Part shown: positions 54,534 through 64,000 of the stretch, one piece after another
Layout: each line of letters opens with the position of its first letter
Numbering within the stretch: position 1 is the stretch's first letter
NCBI GenBank assembly: GCA_964247055.1
Contig: OZ176052.1
Location: forward strand, 2,542,001-2,606,000
Length of the DNA: 64,000 nt
DNA from: Paragordius varius
Lineage: Eukaryota; Animalia; Nematomorpha
Direction: 5' to 3'
Program-made: the position numbers and the translations under genes
The notes under the pieces: generated by a model
Told to the model about the DNA's origin: nothing
What the model saw: the letters and a program-made list of their open reading frames with translations, nothing else
The model's database searches: none

Positions 54534-56442
54534 TATATTATAACCAAATATTTTGACTGACGCAGTACAAAATTAAAATAAACCTTTCCTATTTTTACCA
54601 TATTTCTGTTAAGGTATATTAAATGATGTTCTTAACTAGAAGTTTATATTTTTTTGATAAGATGAATTATTCATTATAACGTTTCATATGTTAATTTTTA
54701 AAACACAGACACGGAATTAAAAGAATTGATAAAAAAATTATTTTTATGCGTGTATGTGTAAAATAGCAAATCTAAAAGGAACATATCTCTTGAAAATAGA
54801 AAGTAATATATTTTTTCATGAAAAAAAGGTTTTATCAAAATTATATGCCACAAATGAATAAATAATATGTTACAGAAATATCATTTTTGAATTTTCCGTT
54901 TGATAATTATAAATAAAGTAAACTTAAAAGAAAATTAAAATGAAACAAAAATTGAACTTTTACAACTTCATCAAATTTTTACTAAAATAAAATAATTCTA
55001 GTTTTTAAAATTTTAGGTTTTTTTACGGTGGCCCTGAGTGAAAGGGTCATTATCTAAATCTTACGGTGGAGTCTGAGATTTATAGTTCCGCCACTGCGCG
55101 AATGGCTGCATTAATAAGCGGTTTGATTGGTCTAAAACCCAATTGCATGCATAATTAGAACCTAAAATGAAATATAATTGGCCAATCTTAGTTTTCTAAC
55201 CCAAAATAAAACTTATTTTACAAATTGGGTCTTTAACAGAGGCTACTCTATCAAATTCTAGAAATTTTCGAAAATAAAGCTAATTTAACACATATTTATA
55301 AAAATTTAAATTTTAAAAAGTATAAAAGTCAGCGCAGTACAGGCGCAGTTTTTTTATTACTTAGTACTGCCAAAAACAGCCTATCATGTCACATTAGTCT
55401 ATATTCAAATTCCTATTAAATTTCTCCAGCACCAAATCAATATGTATGCTTTAAATATTATTAGAAATATATTCGCTAACTTTGTGTGATAATGTACAAT
55501 GAGCACAAAATCTAGGGGTATCTGATAAACTATATAATAATTCTGATACATAATTTATCAGGCTTATGGTCCTTTTGGATTTCGGCAACAATTTTTTGAA
55601 ATTTGAATGCTTGATTTACAAAAATTACAATAAAATACATAATAATCTATACATAAGCACAATTTTTAATAATTTTTAATTTTATGGGCACCAAAAATCT
55701 CATAATTATTGGCCTTTGAAAGTGGGCTAGATTCCTAGTTTCATAAAATATACCCAAAAAGGACGACATTTATATTTGAAAATCCACACTTTCAAAATTT
55801 TGAGGGACCGTATTTTATGGTATTTTAGATCATGCAAACGGTAGCTAAACACTTTTAAATACTATAATATCTTTTTAGGATATAATTGGATGAAACCATC
55901 ATTTTTCTTCAAAATATAAAATTCTTATTTATTGTTAGCTTTTATATAGTTTATAATATTATAGTGATAATTTTAAATGAGCAATTAGTATAAAAAATTC
56001 TATTAAGCAATATGTGCACAAATCTTGCTTTTTTATGATATGGAGGAATTAACACAAATTATTTTTTTCATACACCACCCGTAAGGCTTTAAACTAGTAG
56101 TACTTAAACCACTGCCCCCGGGCTGCATGCGGCCCTAAAAGGTTTTTTAAGGCCCTGATTTTTTATTAAATTTTTTGATATATTTTTATTTCAAATATCA
56201 GCAAATAGGTTAAATAACTATTAGATTTGTATTGATATTTTATAGTGTACAGCACTTGAGACAAAAATATATTTTTTGCGCCCCTTTAAATTTTTTTGAT
56301 GTGCCACTGTTATAAACTAAAAGCACCATAAGAATCGTGATGCATTTATCCAATATATAATTGATCAAGATATTCTTTTAAGAGCGTGTGTGTATTAATA
56401 CATCTATATCTAAAAACAATTTGAACCAATTTTTATTAAATA

Positions 56443-57451
56443 CTAGCGTAAATCTCGTGCTGCTACGCAGCCCGATTCGGACTTCTGGGGGGAGGGGGGG
56501 GGGACTATTTGAAAAAAGGGACAATTTCAAAATCTTATTTTATACTATCTCATAGGATTTCAAAACGGTGCATTCATATTATTATATTGTTTACTTGGGC
56601 GAAAAATAGATTCAAAAATTATTTTTGTGGACTTTGTTTTAAAAAAAATGAATTTTTACGGGGGGAACTGGTAAAAAGAGGGCCTAAATTAAAAAAGCGA
56701 GCCGATTATGTTCGGCGCAATCGAAAATAAGTAAACAAAAATCATATTTGAAGGTCCAACAGGTTCTCCGGAAAATTGTTGCAACCTGTTTTTTACACGG
56801 GGTAGGCCCGAACTGTGGGTCTATTTCAAAAAAAGGGCGAAGCTATTGTCGGGGCATTCATAAATCATTATAATTTTTCGACATTTAAATTTGAATGGGT
56901 CTACCGGTTTTCCGGAAACACATCACAAAGCCACATGACGGATCAGTTTTTAGCGGGTATCTCTTTACCCTGCAGCCAATCTAAAAAAATGCAAGAAATA
57001 AAAAATGCATTTTAACAGGGAATATCTGGAATCCTCATTGAATTATTACGCCACACCTGGGGCGAAATATAGATTTAAAAAATTATTTTTGTGGACATTA
57101 TTTTTTGAAAAAAATGGCATTTTACGGGAGCGGAAAGAGGCCTAAATTAAAATAGCGAGCCGACTATGTTCGGCACAATCGAAAATAAGTAAACAAAAAT
57201 CATATTTGAAATTGAATGGTCCAACTCGTTCTCCGGAAAATTTCAGACACGATTTTTGTGGACTTCTGTTTTCAAAAAAACCCGTTTTTTACACGGGGTG
57301 GGCCCGAACTGGGGCCTATTTCAAAAAAGGGCGAAGTTATTGTCGGGGCTTCATAAATCATTATATTTTTCGACATTTGGATTTGAATGGGTCTACCGGT
57401 TTTCCGGAAACAGCTCAAAGCCACCACTTTCCATTTTTATAAATATATAGA
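56443..57451 (-). mobile_element. Helitron R3 derivative with a duplicated 5' module and a different 3' terminus
   Basis: On the minus strand: A|TCTATATATTTATAAAAATGG start; the 5' block is present twice (57420-57080 and 56940-56560); ends ...CGTAGCAGCACGAGATTTACGCTAG|T. Confidence 0.75.
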
Positions 57452-58103
57452 TTAACTTTTAGAAGTGTGTGCCCCGAACTTATCACATTTTTTGATCCCA
57501 TAAAACTGGGCTGGTTTTCCCAAACTTAAAGAGCACTAGTATTCTATATGATCGAAGCGCCTATATTTATAATCTCACCTAATAACTACCAGCTTGAAAA
57601 TTGGTCCGTTTAATAATTCGTTATTTTATTTTTATAAAACTAATATATCTTTTTGTAACACAATAAATTTTTATATCAAAATATATATAATAGAATTTTT
57701 TGTATGCACTCTCTACAACTATAATATTAGAAAGCTTTTACGATTAGAACCACACAACAAGTTTTGATTCATTATGAACGTCACCTAAAATTTGATTACA
57801 TAAAGCAGAATATAAAAAATATTCAACTTAGTCTAATACAGAAAATTAATGAATACACATAATATAATCTTTTATTTATGACACGTGTGTAACAACCCAA
57901 TAATAAAATTAAAATAATTTGTAATCGAAAATGACGGTTTGTTTGGCTCCGATTGTGCTTCGGATGTGTTAGCGGATAGATTTCGTTTAAAGTATTCGAT
58001 CATGTATATGATCGAATTGTTGTAAATGTAAGTATAATTGGTTGTTTTGTCGGTAATTCGTAAGAGCACGTCATGCTGCATTATGTCAAGCTTTATGGAT
58101 TTT

Positions 58104-58140
<37 letters not shown>

Positions 58141-58317
58141 AGAAATAGGAATAAGGCTGGTTATTGAAATTTTAGAACCGAATTAGAATGTTGAGCATGT
58201 GGAACCTAGGTTGGTTCCTTAAAGAATTGTGGTTTTGTAATTGGTTTTTGACATTAAAAACCGGCCCCTAAGTCAATTCCTGACTATTCATATAATAATT
58301 TTCATGAATATCTATAC

Positions 58318-58499
58318 CAGGGGTGACCACACAAATACTTTTGTGGCTTTGAGAATTTTTGGTTTTGTTATTTTTTTGAGCATAATTTTAGGTGAATATT
58401 TTAAATAATAAAAAAATTTTTAGATGATATCCAATTTTTTATTTTTTTACAGCATTTTAAAGCACTTTAACGTGCCAAAAAAGTGTGTTGGACGCCCTG
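58318..58499. mobile_element. Small hAT (Buster-like) MITE
   Basis: CAGGGGTGACC...GGACGCCCTG termini; TSD ATCTATAC / ATATATAC. Confidence 0.75.
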
Positions 58500-59269
58500 A
58501 TATATACTATAAAAAACTATTCTAAATGGATGCATTGTGAAAATAGTACAATAGGTTAATTTTCATTAATTATCACATTTTTAAGTTAATCTATATTTTT
58601 TAAATATTATTTACTAAAAAATTCAGAGGTCAAACTACTACATAAATCTGAAAAAAAATTTAGTCGAAAAGCTCCATTAAACGGGTAGATAATCTATGCA
58701 TTATGAAATTTTGAGTTTCTAATATGGCCATTATAGGATGGTCAATTATATAAACCAGGTAGTATCCATATTTTCCAAATTCTCATGTTGAAGGGGATAT
58801 GTTTGGCAATTCATACGTGGGACTTAAATTCAAATCAAGACTTATATTTTTAATAATTTTTTTAACGGAGACTACATATATAACACACCTTTCCTTAAAT
58901 ACAAATTACCACGCATATATACGGCAATAATAGAACACACACAATTATTTCTATAATAAAATTCTATACAATAAATTCCTGTGCTATAAAATCTCCGTCA
59001 CAGTTACGAAGTATAAATTTACATCTCTCAATAAACAGGTCAAAAAACAAGGCCGCCTCAAAGATGCCAAAAAACTTTGTTTCTTTGAAACACCTTTTTT
59101 TAAATTAAACATATACAAACGACTTATGTAAAATCGGAAGCTACAATGGCCCCTAGTTTAAAAAGTAGGATCTTAAAATTTAAATCAAGGTTGGTTCCAA
59201 CCTAACTGAACGGGTTCCTTCCGGTGGTTAAAAAATAATTAACAAGGAGCTTAAAGGTTTCTTTTTAAC

Positions 59270-60290
59270 ACAAAAAACTTGATATTATTGATTTTAAAAT
59301 CAGCTGTTTGTTTAAATTGTGTTTTGAAGCTTCCCTAATTTGGAACTATAGATATTAAAAAATGTAAGAAATATTAACTTTTTTGTGCAATACAAGAGAA
59401 CAATATATGATATTTTTTAACTATCAAAACAGTAGTTAAACACTTGGTGACCTTTTTAATTTTTCTCCATCGCGATGACATATTGGGGTCCCAGAGCTAT
59501 TTTTTATATATTTACTACTATTTCTAAAGTTACTTTGGTTATAATTTTATTACACTGTTCTCCTTTATTAGATAAAAAAAGCTTATATTTCTTACAGTTT
59601 TGTAAATTCTAGAGTCTAAAATTGGGACAGCTAAACAGGATTAAAAACAGCTCATTTTAAAACAAATATCAGTTTTGCTGGTAAAATGTAACCTAAAAGC
59701 TTATTAAAGTGACTTTTTATATTTTCTAATCATTATGCATTTATTTGCCTGTTGTATTAGCGATTTTAAATTTAAAGAGAAAAGGACGCCCAAAAAAATT
59801 GAGATTATGATTTTTTACGATTTTACATTTTTTTTTAAAAAAATATTATGAAACATGCGTCTTTAAAGCTGAAATTTTTAATTGGACCTAGTACCTTAAA
59901 TACTTGTTACGATATTTAAACTTCAAATTCTGGAATATAAAAATACTTAAAAAGTCATGAAGTGTTAAGCTGTGGGAAAATCCCTAACGTAATTTTGTAC
60001 AAAATGAAAAGGTAATGAAATTTTAATACAACTCCAACTTTTAGGATAGTTTTTATCCCAGAATCCTCATTTCAAACTATGCCGCCATTTTTTATATAAT
60101 TTTTTTGTTATTTCACAAATAAATGTATATTATAGTTGGAAAGTGTAAATAATTAACTTTAAAAAGCTTTCAGTCTATATTTTATTATTAAAAACTTGGT
60201 ATTCATTGATTTTAATATCAGCTGTTCGTTTCAATCGTGTTTTGGAGCTGTCCCAATTATAGACTGGAAGTCATAAAACTGTAAAAAATA
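59270..60290. repeat. Dispersed repeat R8 present in direct (59270, 60190) and inverted (59600) orientation
   Basis: ATCAGCTGTT(C)GTTT(C)AATCGTGTTTTGGAGC block; also seen at ~9540 and ~23290. Confidence 0.5.
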
Positions 60291-60609
60291 AGCTTTAATG
60301 CGTAGGCACAATGTTTGATCCTTAATTTTAACTAATAACTTTTAAAACTATAGTTTATTAACGAAACTCCGCTTTTAGGTATAAACTGTCTCAAAAGATT
60401 AGCTAGGTACAAAAGCGATAATATATAATAATTATTAAACAAAAATCTCAAATAATTAATACTTAAACTCAATATTTTATTTATCAAGTTTGATGACAAT
60501 AATTGAGATTATGAAACCTATTAAATTCCAATTAATAGTTTTTGATGGTTTAATATTTAATGGTAAATTAATATAAATATTTGATTTGATACCAATTCGT
60601 CAACCTAAT

Positions 60610-63600
60610 TTATGACTTATGACAACCTATATAAAATATAAAATTAGAGTTATAAATGTTATGTCTTACGCTTGATATATCACAAAATATCAATTTAATT
60701 GGGGTAGCCACGGTTGTTTCATATATAGAAATGTAAGTGCAATCCATATTGGTAATTTTCATAATTAACTAAATAATTATCAAATATATCTTAATATTAT
60801 GTTATAAAGCATTATAAATATTCTATCAAAATTTCGAAATGAGCAGATAAATACGATTTAAGCCAACAGATATTCAAGATATATTGTTAAAAATGGTTAA
60901 CATTACTGAAATTCTATATTGATAAACAATCGGTAAATTCTTTATTGCCTCCAACACTTTTAAGGGATAAAATTCCAAGATCCATTCCGTGGGTCTAATT
61001 TGTTTTGCCTCTGCGTTTGCAATTTGATATACCAAAATACCCCATTCGGGAAAGATGGTGATTGGAATATAACTATATAGGGAAAATTAGATGCAAACAA
61101 CTTTGTAATGTTTAAAAAATATGGTTTTAACTGTATAATAGATATTTTCTTTAAGATCAAATGTTAATAAGTTTTTAAACTCTGAAAAATTGTAATATTA
61201 TAATATTGTCGTTATAATATAAAAGACCCTATAGCAGTGGTTCCCAACCTTTTTTGTTTCGTGCACCACCAAATTGAAAAAAAAAATTCTTGCTCCTTGG
61301 GGTGCGTTGCCCCTCTTTTGGGAATCACTGCTCAATGGAAAATAACATTTCTGTTTTTTAAACTTCATAAGATTAGCTATGTTTAATGCATTTGCATTTA
61401 TTTGCAAAAGTTTCATTTTGAATTTTGACATTCCTAAAGTCTATTGATACGAGGATTTTTTGAAAAATATATAAAATAAAATAGATTTTTATATTTGAAA
61501 TTAAAAATAAACTTGTAGGTTTGATTTTTGTAAAATAGGTTGTAAAAGCCATTTATGAGTAAATTCCAGGAACATAAATTATCTTCGATAACCAAGTAAT
61601 AATCTAAAACAAAAAATAGCTTAATTTGATATACATTATCCTTATTTATTTAAAATCACAAATATTACCTAATCCGTGATATTTTGTGTATATAGGATCC
61701 TTGTCTTGAAATTCTTGATGCAAAAAATTTAGTTAAAGTTTGTATAAAATTTGGCTAATTAGCATCAAATCTTAACTTATGATATTTAGATATTAAAAGT
61801 CATAATAAACATTAATAAAGTCATAATAAACATTAAGTTAAATTAATAATAACTAATAAATTTTGTAATAATCCTTTTAATATAACCATAGTTTTTAAAT
61901 AAGATTGAAGCCTACAATTATTATGCCTTTTTGCTGCAAAAAACATAAAAATGAGATTATTGACTTAAAAACTTTTTTAATAATGTATGTTTATACATTT
62001 TGCCTATATAGTAAATTTGACAAAACTATGCGCTAATTAATATACCCATTGGTTGACAATTGGTCAACACAACATGGAGACCTTTTACTTTTAATTCAAA
62101 TACTCTAGGCCTCTCTCCTATATATACCAAATTTCTTATGGAAAGATTTGGCAGAGATGACAAAAGAGACGGTTTTCGTTTGTATAAGAACATTAAGTCA
62201 TTGTTATCCTCTTGTTCGTAATATTCCATGAAATAAATTTCACCCGCTTTTGTTTCAATGATTCTTACCTAAAAAACATTTGAGTGTGTTACACATAAAA
62301 ACAGTTAGAGGCCAAACACCCCTCACTATAAATTTTCTTGATAATTTTCCGTGTATGTTTGCAGCTACTTACTTATAATTTGATATCCAAAAGATTGAGC
62401 CATGTGCAAATTTTATAAATAGTATCAAAATTTCACTTAAAAATTAAAGCCAGAACCTGGTCCTATTTTTATAAATAATGGAAACCCGTGATTAGAGCCA
62501 AATATATTATAACGACCTGAGCTTGAACCACAAGCAGTTCGGGTTGTGTCATTATTTATCAAATTTGGATAGAGAAAGAGCTTGAAAAATTGAAAAATCT
62601 GTGCATATAAATTTTGACCTTTGTTCAAAATTACATTAATGAATGTTAAAACAAATGTTAAAACATACCATTTACAAAATAATAAACTATGCTATAAAGT
62701 GATATATTTCTTATTGATGATGAAATTTTTTTAGAAGAAATTCGGATTGTTCAAGGGGGAATTCGAATTTACGAGTAAATTTGAATTATAAATGGCATAT
62801 TTAAAAAATTAATTTAAAAATAAATAAAAACTTAATAAACAAAATTTATATTGATTGACATTATCCATGTTAAATATTTAACGCGTTATTAACAATGCCT
62901 TAGTATAACCAGAACATATATTAACCTTTCTCGTAACCTTTTTAAATAAGAGGAACTGCGTCTTAAATTCACACTAAAGAGAAAAGTTATATTTTTTAGG
63001 ATATAAATAAAAAATTGGTGATAATACGGAGTTTTTTTAAAAAAAGTGTGGCTTGCGTTTGGTTAACTGTCTGTTTACCTTTATAAAATTCTCCTGAAAT
63101 AAGCGTTGATGTTCCAGGTAGTTTTTAAAATTAAAACATGCTTGATGATATATGGCAGGTGGACATATTGCGAACAAACGATTGCTTGGATATATATCAA
63201 CATAAAACTAATATGCAAATAATATACAATAATAAGTTGAAAAATTACAAAGTTAAGTTTACTATGTAATTTTTTATAAAAGTTGATAAAGTCGTTTTAT
63301 GCTTAAATATATATTGAAAGCATGACTTATTCACATTATTATAGTTGGTCGATTGGCATCACAGTATTGTATGGATAAAAACAAAAAATATTGAAATTAA
63401 ACATTTTCCGATCCATGGAAAAAAAATATTTTTATAGCATACGCTACTGTACTGCGAATTCATCAAAGCCAGCATAAATGTGTATACTGTAATTAAATAT
63501 AAAAGATTAAAAAAGAAAAATTTACTAAAACCTCTTCCATATTGAGTTCTTTTAGTGCCATAATATCATCATTCATATCTGTTGGATATTCATTGGTGTA

Positions 63601-64000
63601 AAGTCCCACGGTTTCGGGCATCGCATCAATATTTGAAGATGAATTTATCGTTATATTACCCATTTCTTTGTAAATACCCCGGTATACAAAAGTTAAGGCA
63701 CCACTTATTCTCATTAAATAGGCTAGGTTGTTGAATTTATGGGATGAACTAAACAGATATTATTTAAAATACGATTATATGCATAAAAAGGCTGATATGA
63801 AATTTTTTGGTGGGGTATTTCTAATTATTCCCATAAATTTTAGTCTTTTAAAAACTGATATTAATCGAATATGCAGGCAAAACATTTTAAAAGTTGGGCC
63901 CAATAATAAATTATTTTCAATTATTTCTACCAAAACATACTTTGGATATAATTGAGACAGGTTGTAATGCAGACCAGTTTCAACAGAACAAATATTATGG
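60610..64000 (-). CDS. Paralogue D (divergent), running off the window. Exons >64000-63941, 63748-63532, 63207-63079, 62268-62046, 61713-61669, 61603-61513, 61072-60907; tentative last exon 60768-60610.
   Basis: Same phases and 217/129/91-nt exon lengths as A-C. Motifs HYNLS, FYVDIYPSNRLFAICP, VRIIETKAGEIY, YLVIEDNLCSW, WILEFY...VYQYR. The 61072-60907 exon is in a different frame from ORF-track entry 60960..61160. Confidence 0.8.
61235..61330. mobile_element. 96-bp hAT-like MITE in an intron of paralogue D
   Basis: TIRs CAGTGGTTCCCAA / TTGGGAATCACTG. Confidence 0.75.
62665..62800. mobile_element. Degenerate R4 MITE in an intron of paralogue D
   Basis: ATACCATTTACA ... TTGTTCAAGGGGGAATT...ATAAATGGCATAT. 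Confidence 0.5.

Noticed and set aside
4125-57450. Recurring similar short ORFs (4125, 57256, 5789, 15882, 56509, 56815, 57206) that look like a gene family
   Set aside because: All lie within copies of the non-coding R3 Helitron; their similarity reflects the repeat.
60960-61160. ORF-track protein MILKKIS...
   Set aside because: The homologous exon of paralogue D is in another frame (YIPITIFPEWG...VYQYRIS).
62437-62628. ORF resembling exon 4 of the family (FKLFLYP...ACG)
   Set aside because: No phase-0 donor; the true 129-nt exon is at 63207-63079.

Overview
Very AT-rich eukaryotic genomic DNA, most likely from an insect (spliced genes, mariner, RTE, Helitron and hAT elements). There are no prokaryotic features, no CRISPR array, and no rRNA or tRNA genes. 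Most ORF-track entries are chance ORFs, repeat-derived ORFs or single exons. Splicing by hand resolves a tandem array of four minus-strand paralogues (A 1144-6278, B 16896-23789, C 32311-39999, D about 60610-64000). They share exon lengths and intron phases and encode a ~370-aa Cys-containing protein rich in N-glycosylation sequons that I cannot assign to a known family; exon 1 was not found. A separate 4-exon plus-strand gene (50282-51139) encodes a small Gly/Tyr-rich protein whose frame continues past a TGA stop. The rest is dense transposon sequence: four related non-autonomous Helitrons with a ~158-bp internal satellite, a decayed hAT transposase, two mariner fossils, an RTE LINE 3' fragment, many hAT, TTAA-type and foldback MITEs (several nested), and one minimal hammerhead-ribozyme-like motif at 11576-11621. 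All coordinates were read by eye; repeat boundaries are approximate.
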